From Candidatus Woesearchaeota archaeon (GTDB lineage Archaea > Nanobdellota > Nanobdellia > Woesearchaeales > GW2011-AR15): DNA of 64,000 nt. Position 1 is the stretch's first letter. Every line of letters begins with the position of its first letter. The position numbers and the translations under genes are program-made. The notes below the pieces were generated by a model. The model was not told the origin of the DNA, searched no databases, and saw only the letters and a list, made by a program, of their open reading frames with translations. The stretch is taken from NCBI GenBank assembly GCA_016935095.1, contig JAFGRO010000029.1, positions 7,313 through 71,312 on the forward strand. Direction: 5' to 3'. Positions 19,177 to 28,726 of this stretch are shown piece by piece.

Positions 19177-21474
19177 TTATTCCTTCCTGTTTAACTTCCG
19201 CTTCTTTATCTCCTGTTCAAACCACTGCTCCCACTCAAAATAAATTTTCTTATGGTCTAAAATGCCTGTTTCTTCTTTTACTTTATCTGCCATTAAATGG
19301 AATACGTCATTGCACAAAATCACAAATCCTGCTTCCATCATTTCATCATCTTTCAGCTTTAAAGCTGTATCTGCCAGTTTCTGCCTGCACTGGGCTCTTG
19401 TCTCTATATTTTCCCAGACTGCATCCCAGTTTGCTGCAAAATCAGGTATATTCCCTGCAATGATCTTTAAAATTTCAGATTCGCCGTTAATTAATTCAGG
19501 AGTAGGAATAAGCTCATCTTTTTTTGAATCATATTTCATCAGATCAAGGAATGCCCCCTCTAAAAGAGGATCATTTTCCCATGTTTTTCTCACTTCTGTT
19601 ATCTGAGTGATCCTCCTGAACCTGTGCAGGCCGTCTGCAGATTTAATTGGCGTGGCAATTATACATATATCCGTTGCCTTGAAGCTTGTTTTTGGAACGC
19701 CTATATCATTTACAACGCGGTCATAAATCCCGTAAGGAGAATCTCCGTGAATCGTGCCGGCAACGACATTTGCAGCAGCACCAACGCGCATTGCCTCATA
19801 GAGTGAAATTGCTTCTTTGCTGCGGACTTCCCCTACAATCAAAGATGAATCCCCTAACCTTAAAGTAGCCCTGATGCCGTCAGAAGCGCTTACTTCTGCT
19901 GTGCCATGTGATAATGCTGATGCAACTTTCAGCTGCTGGATATTGAAACCAAGATTCCTTAATTGTCTCACAGGGAGCTCTAAAGTATCTTCAATTGTAA
20001 TTACCCTGTACCTGCGCATTATCTCAACAATTAAAGCAGAAAGAAATGAAGATTTCCCTGAACTGCGTGTACCGCAGATAAGCATTGTCCTCGTACCATC
20101 AATAAGAAAACTCAATAGCCCCGCTGCAAGAGAATTAATCATCTTGAATTTCATAAATAATGGAAGTGTCCATGGCTTGTCACGATGTCTTCTGAATGAA
20201 AAAGCCAACCCGGTCGGATTTAAAGGAGCTGTTATTGCCGAAACCCTGGTATTCGCTCCCGGCAAATCAAGCTCTGTATCCAATATAGGATTCGCTTCAT
20301 CCAATGGTCTTCCGGAAATCATTCTAAGCTTGGATGCCCATGATTCTGCTTCAGTTGTCGTAGGAATAATATTTGTAACACAGTCATCAAACTTCCCATG
20401 TACAATAAATATAGGAATATGGCCCATAGGACTATTTATTGAGATATCCTGAATCTCTTCATCCTGCAGTAAAACCTCTATTAAACCAAAGCCGACAGTA
20501 TACCTGACTAAAATTGCTGTCAATTCAATAATTTCCTTTTCCCTCAGCTTCATATTCCTGTATGAGCCAAGCTCTTCAATAAGGTCCCTGCCAACATTAA
20601 AAAAGACTTCCCTCATCCTCTGGGGGTCTACAAATTCAGATTTTTTCGGCTTATGCTCCGCCATTATCTTTTTTGCAACATCCAATAACTCATATTTTTC
20701 TTCGCTTAATTTAAATTCAGGAGGCATCATATGATAAAATATCTGGACATTTTCCTGAAGTTTAAATACAGTTATTTCAGTATCTTCTGCAATTGTATAA
20801 TTGGCAATTTCTTCACCCCCTTTTGGATATGCTGACATTAATTTAGTGTACATAAAATCAGGCTTAATCATCGGCTTAAAAATTCTCCTGTAAACAGACC
20901 TGTCTCCGATTTCATATCCTGCTAAATATGGCTTTGCAATTATTATAAATCGGGTTTGTTCCAATTGTACGATGATCTGGTTTAATAATCCTATGAACTT
21001 ATTGTAACAATAATTTGATAAATTATCAATTGATTTCTCAAGTAAAATCTGTTCCTGTCTTTTTAGCCGTTTTAATTCTACATATGCACTAAACGGGTCT
21101 TTAATCATCAGGTCAAATATTATATGTTGAAGTTCATTATACCAGGCATCTACAAATCTCCTGCATCTCCCGAAAGATAATGCCTGGTAGCTGAATGTTG
21201 TTTTGTCTTTAGAATAATAAAGAAAAAGTTTTGCTATTTCATTTAACATCATGGTCTGTTCATAATCATACTCATATTCCCGTTTTTGAAAAAAGATTAT
21301 TTTTGTTATGCCATGGGTCTGTGCCAGCTTTTCAACTGTTTTTGCCATGCACCTTGGATTGTCTTCAATTGAGGGCAATTGTAAACTTTTAGAGTAATCT
21401 CCCCTCAGGATATTATCCTCACCCTCCCTGTCTACAGAAAAAACAATCTTATCATTAATTTCAGTTTTAGGCAT
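19177..21474 (-). CDS. Type II/IV secretion (pilus assembly) ATPase, VirB11/FlaI-like
   Basis: GTRSSGKSS, IEDTLEL, LIVGEVR, GTIHG. Confidence 0.93.
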   Translation of the reverse strand: MPKTEINDKIVFSVDREGEDNILRGDYSKSLQLPSIEDNPRCMAKTVEKLAQTHGITKIIFFQKREYEYDYEQTMMLNEIAKLFLYYSKDKTTFSYQALSFGRCRRFVDAWYNELQHIIFDLMIKDPFSAYVELKRLKRQEQILLEKSIDNLSNYCYNKFIGLLNQIIVQLEQTRFIIIAKPYLAGYEIGDRSVYRRIFKPMIKPDFMYTKLMSAYPKGGEEIANYTIAEDTEITVFKLQENVQIFYHMMPPEFKLSEEKYELLDVAKKIMAEHKPKKSEFVDPQRMREVFFNVGRDLIEELGSYRNMKLREKEIIELTAILVRYTVGFGLIEVLLQDEEIQDISINSPMGHIPIFIVHGKFDDCVTNIIPTTTEAESWASKLRMISGRPLDEANPILDTELDLPGANTRVSAITAPLNPTGLAFSFRRHRDKPWTLPLFMKFKMINSLAAGLLSFLIDGTRTMLICGTRSSGKSSFLSALIVEIMRRYRVITIEDTLELPVRQLRNLGFNIQQLKVASALSHGTAEVSASDGIRATLRLGDSSLIVGEVRSKEAISLYEAMRVGAAANVVAGTIHGDSPYGIYDRVVNDIGVPKTSFKATDICIIATPIKSADGLHRFRRITQITEVRKTWENDPLLEGAFLDLMKYDSKKDELIPTPELINGESEILKIIAGNIPDFAANWDAVWENIETRAQCRQKLADTALKLKDDEMMEAGFVILCNDVFHLMADKVKEETGILDHKKIYFEWEQWFEQEIKKRKLNRKE

Positions 21475-21584
21475 TTTTTTCAGAAACCTGTCTTAGATAT
21501 AACTGATGTATTTATTGTTTAAATAAGTTGCTGTTTTTTGTCAAAAAACAAAACTTTTTAAATTTCAGTAATTAATACATTATT

Positions 21585-22046
21585 ATGTTCAGCAAAGAAT
21601 CTCATCCGGATAATTCTGCTCATGAAAAAATTCCGAAGGCTCTGCCTGTAAAACATGAAAAGATCAGTCCGGAAGCTCAAAAAATTTCCATCAATATTAA
21701 TGAGATTATGCGCAGATTGCGCATTTTAGAGGAACGTTATTCCAATCTGAGGAAAAAAAACCAGCTGACAGACCAGAATATGTTAGAAGACACTAAAAAA
21801 TTATCCGATACAATTAAGGTTATTCAATCTACAATAAACGAACTTAAAAAAGAGGTTTTAGAAGTAAACTCAAAAATAAAGATGCTCAGTGAAGAAGTTT
21901 CCCAGAGTGTTGAAAAAAGGGATTTTAAATTATTAAGCAAATATCTTGATTTCTGGCAACCGTTGGATTTTATAAGAAAAGGAGAAGCTAAACTGATTAT
22001 TGAAGATATTCTTAAAGAGGAAAAAAACAAACCAAAAGTTATTTAA
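21585..22046 (+). CDS. Coiled-coil hypothetical protein
   Basis: RRLRILEERYSNLRKK...KYLDFWQP; divergent from the pilus ATPase. Confidence 0.75.
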   Translation: MFSKESHPDNSAHEKIPKALPVKHEKISPEAQKISININEIMRRLRILEERYSNLRKKNQLTDQNMLEDTKKLSDTIKVIQSTINELKKEVLEVNSKIKMLSEEVSQSVEKRDFKLLSKYLDFWQPLDFIRKGEAKLIIEDILKEEKNKPKVI

Positions 22047-22064
22047 ACTATTAAGTCACATATT

Positions 22065-22694
22065 ATGATTAAAATGCCATCAGAATCTCCAATCAACATT
22101 ATAAGACAAATGAAGCAACAGGGTTTTTCTAACAATGATATTGTCCAAAACCTGACAAGAGAAGGTTATTCTAATACACAGATTTTTGATGCAATGAACC
22201 ACATTGAAACTAAAAATGCCGTTGAAAACAGCCAGGATGACCTTATCCAAATGCCACCAGATGAAGAATTTCAAACGTTTAACAATAATTCACAAGCTAC
22301 AGGTACTGCAGACATTCCAGACAATGATATAAATTATCAGGCACAGGAAAATGAGCATTTTGACCCTAAAACAGAAGAACTCATTGAAACAATAATTGAT
22401 GAAAAATGGGAAGATTTATTGAAAGATGTCAATAAAATCATTGAATGGAAAAACCGGTCTGAACAAAGATTGCAGGATATTGAACTAAAAGTCCAGAATT
22501 TAAAAGAGAGTTTTAATGAACTTCATAAAGCTGTTATCGGCAAAGTCGCTGAATATGATAAACATATCCTGGATGTCGGAACAGAGATTAAGGCCATGGA
22601 AAAAGTTTTTTCCAAGGTTTTGCCGAATTTTACTGAAAATGTACATGAACTGGCCAGAATTACAGATACCATTAAAAAAGAAAAAAACAGGTAA
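22065..22694 (+). CDS. Coiled-coil hypothetical protein with N-terminal small helical domain
   Basis: EELIETIIDEKW...EIKAMEKVF; co-oriented with the previous gene. Confidence 0.75.
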   Translation: MIKMPSESPINIIRQMKQQGFSNNDIVQNLTREGYSNTQIFDAMNHIETKNAVENSQDDLIQMPPDEEFQTFNNNSQATGTADIPDNDINYQAQENEHFDPKTEELIETIIDEKWEDLLKDVNKIIEWKNRSEQRLQDIELKVQNLKESFNELHKAVIGKVAEYDKHILDVGTEIKAMEKVFSKVLPNFTENVHELARITDTIKKEKNR

Positions 22695-22716
22695 CTTCTA
22701 ATAAAATTCTAATATT

Positions 22717-23295
22717 TTATAAGGGCATAAGTTTTATTGGATAAGTTATAAAAAGCACTGTAAACAATGCAACTATAAGTATTAGTACCAATCCAAGGAC
22801 TTTAGGATGAAATAATGTTGCACCCAGATTATCCTGAAAACTTCCTGTGGAAACACTGCCATCTCCGCGTGCAGCTGCAGCTGCTTCTGTCAGTGAACTT
22901 GTATTTTCACCCAAGTATGGTCCTGCCTTTTGTCCGGCTACACCTGACCAGGCAAAAACAAATATTATAATCGCAATAATTAAAATCCAGGTACTGAAGC
23001 TTGTAACTGTTGTTGCCGGAAAACTGGAGCCAAATGCCTCAACACCAATAACAACAAACGTCACAACAATTATCATAATCGTCCACCAGGGCACCGCAGC
23101 CTTAATAATCAGGATAGCATCTTCTGAAAGAATAAAGATTATTGCTATGGCAAAGGAAATTAATGCATTAACTCCTTTATTTTCTCCTATTGGTTTTTTA
23201 AATGTCAGCACTGCATAAACAGCGGTAAATACAAAAATAACTACAAAAACACTTGAAAAGTGCGTCAAAAAGCCAATATCCAGGAATGTTGCCAT
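22717..23295 (-). CDS. Multi-pass membrane protein (paralog 3)
   Basis: Five TM segments; N-terminal F.FVFT.VYA.L motif shared with the two upstream genes. Confidence 0.75.
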   Translation of the reverse strand: MATFLDIGFLTHFSSVFVVIFVFTAVYAVLTFKKPIGENKGVNALISFAIAIIFILSEDAILIIKAAVPWWTIMIIVVTFVVIGVEAFGSSFPATTVTSFSTWILIIAIIIFVFAWSGVAGQKAGPYLGENTSSLTEAAAAARGDGSVSTGSFQDNLGATLFHPKVLGLVLILIVALFTVLFITYPIKLMPL

Positions 23296-23310
23296 TTTTT
23301 TATTTATTGT

Positions 23311-23916
23311 TTATTTTCCTTTACCATAAATTCCCTGAAAAAAGTCTTTAAGGGGTTTTCTTTTGTCTTCTGGTCTCTCTTCCCTTGTAATAAACCAGAT
23401 TATCAAGCCAAAGACCAATATAATTATTATCAGTGAAGTTGTCTCTTCATCAAAAAGCCAGCCTAACCACGAAGGTGGAGTACCGATCCAGCCTGCTGAA
23501 TTTGCAAAAATAACAGCCACAGCTATTATCGAAAAAATCACAACCACACTTATTAAATCTGTTTCGCCGATGTTCACGTCTTTGCCAAAGACCCCTATCA
23601 ACAGCAGAGCCATCATGCATGCCACCATAATTAAAGAAACATTTGGCAGGGAATTGTTCATCACTTCAACAACATCAATCATTCCATTTGTTAAAATCGC
23701 ATCTGTTTTGCTGGCTGTGCCCATTAATACATGCGGAATCACAACTGCCATAGCCATTACAAAAGCCACTATCTTGTTAAAGGGCCGTTTATTATCGCCA
23801 AGAATATTGGATTTCTGCAAAACAGCAAAGCTTATTGTAAAGACCAATAAAAATGGCAGTAAAACATCTAATAAACCATAACTTTCCAAGGTCTGAATCA
23901 TTTCAACAAAATTCAT
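23311..23916 (-). CDS. Multi-pass membrane protein (paralog 2)
   Basis: G..DVLLPFLLVFTISFAVLQKS.ILG motif. Confidence 0.8.
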   Translation of the reverse strand: MNFVEMIQTLESYGLLDVLLPFLLVFTISFAVLQKSNILGDNKRPFNKIVAFVMAMAVVIPHVLMGTASKTDAILTNGMIDVVEVMNNSLPNVSLIMVACMMALLLIGVFGKDVNIGETDLISVVVIFSIIAVAVIFANSAGWIGTPPSWLGWLFDEETTSLIIIILVFGLIIWFITREERPEDKRKPLKDFFQGIYGKGK

Positions 23917-24488
23917 TTTTCATCCTCCTTTTTGCTCTCTTCCTTACCAGGAGCACGTGTTATATAAAACATCATACCAATTACAAATAAAGTCAAAATA
24001 AGCGCGCCAAAAGAACCTGAATCCCAGTGAGCCATGACCCACTCCCAACCATAAACAAGCCAAGGCGTACCTTCTTTGGTTTTAACAGCATGCAAAAATA
24101 TCAATGCTATACCTACAAACATGATAATTGAAAAAATCGTAACATATCTTTTTTCAAGTTTAAATTCGTCTTTGCCTGTATGAAATGTCCCGACTAACAA
24201 AAGAAAACACACTGCAAGTAAAAGCAGCAGGGTAATGTTTGCAACTGCCTCGTTTATTGCAGCTACTATCTGCGTGCTTGCAACTACAAGAAATGCTGTT
24301 ACAAACGCAAACATGCTGTTAAGATTCTTCCTAGATAGTTCAACATCATTCACTACATCTACACCAAAAATCTTTGATTTTTCAAGGATCGCATATACTG
24401 TAGTAAAAACCAGCAGAAAAGGAAGTACAACATCATAAATTCCCATCCTGTCCAAAAAAACTATTGCATCCCTGAATGTTGAAGCCAT
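23913..24488 (-). CDS. Multi-pass membrane protein (paralog 1)
   Basis: G..DVVLPFLLVFTTVYAILEKSKIFG motif. Confidence 0.8.
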   Translation of the reverse strand: MASTFRDAIVFLDRMGIYDVVLPFLLVFTTVYAILEKSKIFGVDVVNDVELSRKNLNSMFAFVTAFLVVASTQIVAAINEAVANITLLLLLAVCFLLLVGTFHTGKDEFKLEKRYVTIFSIIMFVGIALIFLHAVKTKEGTPWLVYGWEWVMAHWDSGSFGALILTLFVIGMMFYITRAPGKEESKKEDEK

Positions 24489-24591
24489 AATAATTTTAAA
24501 GAGAATATGCGGTATTTAAATCTTTTGCTTAACTTAACCTATACTTTTATTTTTAACAATATTTTTAAATGAAATACTCTTTTTGCAGATT

Positions 24592-25173
24592 ATGATTAAT
24601 AAAAAGGATTTTTTGATAATTAAAAAAAACATGGAAGAAAATGAAGTTATTAGAGAAAAAACAATCCAAAAATCAAGGGAAGTCATCCAGCTTTCTAAAA
24701 AACTAATCTATGCATTGCACAGGAAAGATAATAAAAAAGCACAGAAGTTGTTTAAAGACATTAATAGAGAAATTAGTGAATTGGAAAAAATCGGGAACAA
24801 ATGCCAAAAGTTTATTTCTTTCGGGATGTATAATACCGCAATCCAGGAATTTGTCGAAGCAGCCTGCTATTATGAATTTATTGTTAATAAAAAGATTCCT
24901 GGCTTTAATGAGTTAAAGGTTGAATACGAATCTTATTTGCTAGGTTTATGTGATTTAACAGGAGAGCTTGAAAGAAAAGCAGTATACTCTACTATTGACG
25001 GTGACTACAAAAAGGTTGCAGAGATTAGGGAACTTGTAAATGAAATCTACGAGCAGTTTTTACAATTTGATTTAAGGAATTCTGAACTCAGAAAAAAATC
25101 TGATTCCATTAAATGGAACCTGAAGAGAATTGATGAAATTCTCTATGATCTGAAATTAAAGGACAAGATATAG
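24592..25173 (+). CDS. Translin/TRAX family protein
   Basis: REK.I..SRE, QEFVEA, YLLGLCDLTGELER, LRKKSD. Confidence 0.9.
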   Translation: MINKKDFLIIKKNMEENEVIREKTIQKSREVIQLSKKLIYALHRKDNKKAQKLFKDINREISELEKIGNKCQKFISFGMYNTAIQEFVEAACYYEFIVNKKIPGFNELKVEYESYLLGLCDLTGELERKAVYSTIDGDYKKVAEIRELVNEIYEQFLQFDLRNSELRKKSDSIKWNLKRIDEILYDLKLKDKI

Positions 25174-25174
25174 A

Positions 25175-25666
25175 ATGGACTTTTTAGAGGCATTGGAAAA
25201 GCTTAAGCAAAGCACTGTTTTTAAGGAATTTTCTAAAGAGCATAAAGACAGCTATTTAACGCATGGATTTATTATGCTCGATGCTAATATAAAAAAAGAA
25301 TGGCAAATAGGATATTACAGCCCCAAGAAAGACAATATCATTACTTTTTGTGTAAACGGAGATATCATGCAAAACCCTGAAGAAAAGGTCTTTAAAAAAG
25401 AAAAAAAAGTCCTGAAATTAGACACCAGTAAGATTAAAGTGCCTTTTTCCGAGGCAATAATCAAAGCAAATGAAATACAGAAAAAAAAACATCCGAAGCA
25501 TGAGCCAATAAAAAAGATATACATTATCCAGCATTTAAGCGAGGGCCAGATATGGAATGTGACTTATGTTACTCAGACTTTTAATACATTGAACATAAAG
25601 ATTGATTCTGAAACTGGTAAAATAGTCAGTGATAATTTGGTTAGTTTGTTCAGGGTTGAGAAATAA
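25175..25666 (+). CDS. Conserved hypothetical protein, PepSY-like C-terminus
   Basis: WQIGYY, IWNVT...IKIDSETGKI. Confidence 0.7.
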   Translation: MDFLEALEKLKQSTVFKEFSKEHKDSYLTHGFIMLDANIKKEWQIGYYSPKKDNIITFCVNGDIMQNPEEKVFKKEKKVLKLDTSKIKVPFSEAIIKANEIQKKKHPKHEPIKKIYIIQHLSEGQIWNVTYVTQTFNTLNIKIDSETGKIVSDNLVSLFRVEK

Positions 25667-26386
25667 TTAGTGTGCTTTATTTTTCCATATATCTATTTCT
25701 CTTATTATTTGGCCAGTTCTATGGGCTGTACTGTCAATTAGAAAAGTAAAGGTAAGGCTATAATCTCCTGAAAGAGGATCATTATAACGATGTAATGCTT
25801 CTTCGCATCTTGTTTGAAAATCTACTTCTTTTCCTTTCAGGTTGACTGAGTCTGCATATAGTGCAATTTTTTTCATAGGTGTATTTGGAAGTGAATATGA
25901 TTGCAAGAAAATAATAACTTCCCTATCATTTATCTCTTCTTCATTAATACCTGTAAGTTCACTTACTATAGTCTTTGCTTTTGATTTCAATGTTTGATAT
26001 TCATTTGAATATACTTTAAAAGAATGTAATCGTAAATTTTTCGAGTATCTGGATTCAATCATTGGATAAATTGATGAATCTGAAAGTGACAAATTTGCCA
26101 TAATTCTTAGTGCATCTTTGCGGTCTTTAGGGCATCCTCCTCTTACTAATCCCCATTCCTCTCCTTTTGTTAAAATAAGATACGCTGTTTCAATTTCATG
26201 TAAAGGTACGCCTAATGTAACTTTTCCAATGTCATGAAGATATCCATAAGTCCTAACAAGTTCAGGAACAACTGCAGCTTCAAAATAAGGTGATGCTTTT
26301 ACTAATTTACAAGCAGAATTCCATGCAATATCCCCTGTTGTGAGATTGTGTTCAATAAAACCGTTTTCATCATATATATTCCCCAT
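25667..26386 (-). CDS. HD-domain protein
   Basis: H...GYLHDIGK...H...YAD. Confidence 0.75.
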   Translation of the reverse strand: MGNIYDENGFIEHNLTTGDIAWNSACKLVKASPYFEAAVVPELVRTYGYLHDIGKVTLGVPLHEIETAYLILTKGEEWGLVRGGCPKDRKDALRIMANLSLSDSSIYPMIESRYSKNLRLHSFKVYSNEYQTLKSKAKTIVSELTGINEEEINDREVIIFLQSYSLPNTPMKKIALYADSVNLKGKEVDFQTRCEEALHRYNDPLSGDYSLTFTFLIDSTAHRTGQIIREIDIWKNKAH

Positions 26387-26461
26387 TTCAACATGCTTTT
26401 GAATCCATTTCTTATAAAGAGCAAGTATTTCTTCTTTGGAAATATAAGTTAATGATTTTAA

Positions 26462-26935
26462 TCAGGGATCTACTGTATGCGATGAATGATGAATAGCTTC
26501 TTCCAAATTAACTTTTTTAATATTAAGAGGATATTTTAGTTCTCTTAACTTTGAAATGACTTTTTCTGCACTTTCTGATTGTATTATTATAGAAGGAGAG
26601 GGTCGTAAGTTAGAATCATCAAAGGGATCTATCCAATTACAAAAATCAGGAAAAACATCATCTAATCCTTTCAAAAACTGATTGTTAGCAAAAGTACATA
26701 GAGGCTGGACTGCAATCAATAAACTACTTACTTTTATATAAGAATACTCACAAATTGTCCAGTTATTATTATTATGTTCATCAATAACCCAACATCTTTG
26801 CCTGTCTTCAAATTTAAAACAATTTTCAGCAAGATCTCCCAAAGGGCTTCCAATTCCATATTCTCCATAATAAGTATATTCAGATAAAAAAGGAGCATCT
26901 ATAACAATAACTTCTAACATATTCCCCTGTTTCAT
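26462..26935 (-). CDS. Hypothetical protein
   Basis: 157-aa ORF with upstream TATA-like element; no motif recognised. Confidence 0.55.
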   Translation of the reverse strand: MKQGNMLEVIVIDAPFLSEYTYYGEYGIGSPLGDLAENCFKFEDRQRCWVIDEHNNNNWTICEYSYIKVSSLLIAVQPLCTFANNQFLKGLDDVFPDFCNWIDPFDDSNLRPSPSIIIQSESAEKVISKLRELKYPLNIKKVNLEEAIHHSSHTVDP

Positions 26936-27152
26936 TTTTTCATAAAAAAAAGAAGTTATTTAAAAATATTAATTCTTTTCCATAATGCAACTAATTTAAT
27001 TCATTCCCAAACAATGAATCCATTTATAAATTTTATTTTGTTGAAAACTATATTTTGAATTTTCAATGTATTTATAAACCAAAAAATATTGTTTATTTTT
27101 GTTCTAAGTTAATAGAATTTTACAACAAATTTATTTAGCTTAAGGAATAAAA

Positions 27153-27581
27153 ATGGTAGATGTCAGAATATTAAAATTACAGGAAGACATGACGCTTCCT
27201 GGATATGCCCATCCGGGTGATGCTGGCATTGACTTAAGGTCCGCTGAAGAGCTTACCTTAAAACCCGGAGAGTTCAAAATCGTTAAAACAGGAACTAAAA
27301 TGGCAATTCCTCAGGGCTATGTGGGTTTAGTCTGGGACAAGAGCGGTTATGCTGCAAAGCACGGAATCCATACCCTTGCAGGAGTAATTGATTCAGGTTA
27401 TCGTGGAGAGATAGGCATTGTCATGAAAAATCTCGGTGAAGAGGAATTCCATATTGCCAAGGATATGAAGATAGCACAGCTCCTTATCCAGCCGGTTGTT
27501 ACTGCAAACCTGATTGAATCAGATAATCTAGATGAGACTTCAAGAAATGAAGGCGGTTTTGGCAGCACAGGAAAACATTGA
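27153..27581 (+). CDS. dut: Trimeric dUTP diphosphatase
   Basis: DAGIDL, KSG, GVIDSGYRGE, IAQL, R..GGFGSTG. Confidence 0.97.
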   Translation: MVDVRILKLQEDMTLPGYAHPGDAGIDLRSAEELTLKPGEFKIVKTGTKMAIPQGYVGLVWDKSGYAAKHGIHTLAGVIDSGYRGEIGIVMKNLGEEEFHIAKDMKIAQLLIQPVVTANLIESDNLDETSRNEGGFGSTGKH

Positions 27582-27598
27582 AAAGAGGTGTAATTAAA

Positions 27599-27703
27599 GT
27601 GGTAATAAAAAAGCAAGCAGAAATCCAAAAAACAAATGACATAAGCTATGAAGCAATGATCAAGAATAAAAAGCTGGACTCTTTCTTTGATACAGAAGAA
27701 TAA
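27599..27703 (+). CDS. 34-aa microprotein with PIP-box-like tail (not in ORF track)
   Basis: GAGGTG SD then GTG; MVIKKQAEIQKTNDISYEAMIKNKKLDSFFDTEE. Confidence 0.55.
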   Translation: MVIKKQAEIQKTNDISYEAMIKNKKLDSFFDTEE

Positions 27704-27735
27704 TTTTTTTAATTCTGCTCTATTTCTCATCACAC

Positions 27736-28452
27736 ATGGAATTTTATTGCAGAGGAGTAAAAAATATTTTTATAAAAGATTCAATTTATTCCTGTGTAAT
27801 TTTCTGCGGGTGCGACTTCAGGTGTGCCTACTGCTATAACCAATCCATACTTAATTTTAAAAACGAGTTTTTAACAAGAATAATTGATATTAAAAAAATA
27901 ATTAAACAAAGCCAGAACCTGGGTGTGATTTTTGCCGGTGCTGAGCCCTGCCTGCAAAGACAGGCATTATTGAATTTAGCCCGATTCTGCAAAAAACTAA
28001 GGAAAAAAACAATATTGCATACAAACGGCTCAAAGCCGGAAACAATTAATTCACTTTTAAGAGAAAATTTAATTGATAAACTCCACTTGGATATTAAATC
28101 GCCATTTAATAATTCCTTTCAAAAGATTACAAAATCCGCTACTTATTTCAAATCATCAGAAGAGATAATAAAAAGCATAAGGAAAACAATTACACTATTG
28201 AAAAACAGTAAGTCGGAGATTACTGTAAGGACAACAATTGTTCCAAAGCTGATTTACAGAAAAGAGGATATTTTAAAAATTGCAGAAATTGTCGAAGACA
28301 TAAACTGTGAGTGGGAACTGCGGCAATTTATTCCAGGAGATACCCTAGATAAAAAACTCAAAGGAGTTAAACCCTTATCAGATAATTTTTTAGAGACATT
28401 GAAGAAGATTTGTGAAAAAGAGCACTCTGATTTAAAAATAACTACTTGTTAG
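27736..28452 (+). CDS. Radical SAM protein, anaerobic RNR/PFL-activating enzyme-like
   Basis: GCDFRCAYCYN, GAEP, HTNGS, DIKSP, RTTIVP. Confidence 0.85.
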   Translation: MEFYCRGVKNIFIKDSIYSCVIFCGCDFRCAYCYNQSILNFKNEFLTRIIDIKKIIKQSQNLGVIFAGAEPCLQRQALLNLARFCKKLRKKTILHTNGSKPETINSLLRENLIDKLHLDIKSPFNNSFQKITKSATYFKSSEEIIKSIRKTITLLKNSKSEITVRTTIVPKLIYRKEDILKIAEIVEDINCEWELRQFIPGDTLDKKLKGVKPLSDNFLETLKKICEKEHSDLKITTC

Positions 28453-28499
28453 TAATTAAGACAAAAAGATTTATAAATATAAAAGGATTATTATATAAA

Positions 28500-28655
28500 A
28501 TGCCACTTGATATTGGATATCTAAATGAAAAAATCAGTAAATGCCCCCATATTGTAGATGTATTTTGTCCTATGGCCAACAGGATAATTGAGAACCAGCT
28601 AGATAAGATGGCACATTGCGCTAACTGCACTATTTTTAAGTTAGAGGGAGAATAA
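28500..28655 (+). CDS. Small Cys-containing hypothetical protein
   Basis: MPLDIGYL...CP...CP...CANC after a TATA-like TTTATAAATA. Confidence 0.5.
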   Translation: MPLDIGYLNEKISKCPHIVDVFCPMANRIIENQLDKMAHCANCTIFKLEGE

Positions 28656-28726
28656 GAGGGTTGAATTCTTGAATAATTTTCATAGTCATATAATTTTAGT
28701 AAAATAATCTAGTGATTGAATATATT

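Noticed and set aside
19262-20452. Long antisense ORFs (also 22847-23881, 38924-39601 and similar)
   Set aside because: Shadow frames opposite well-supported genes
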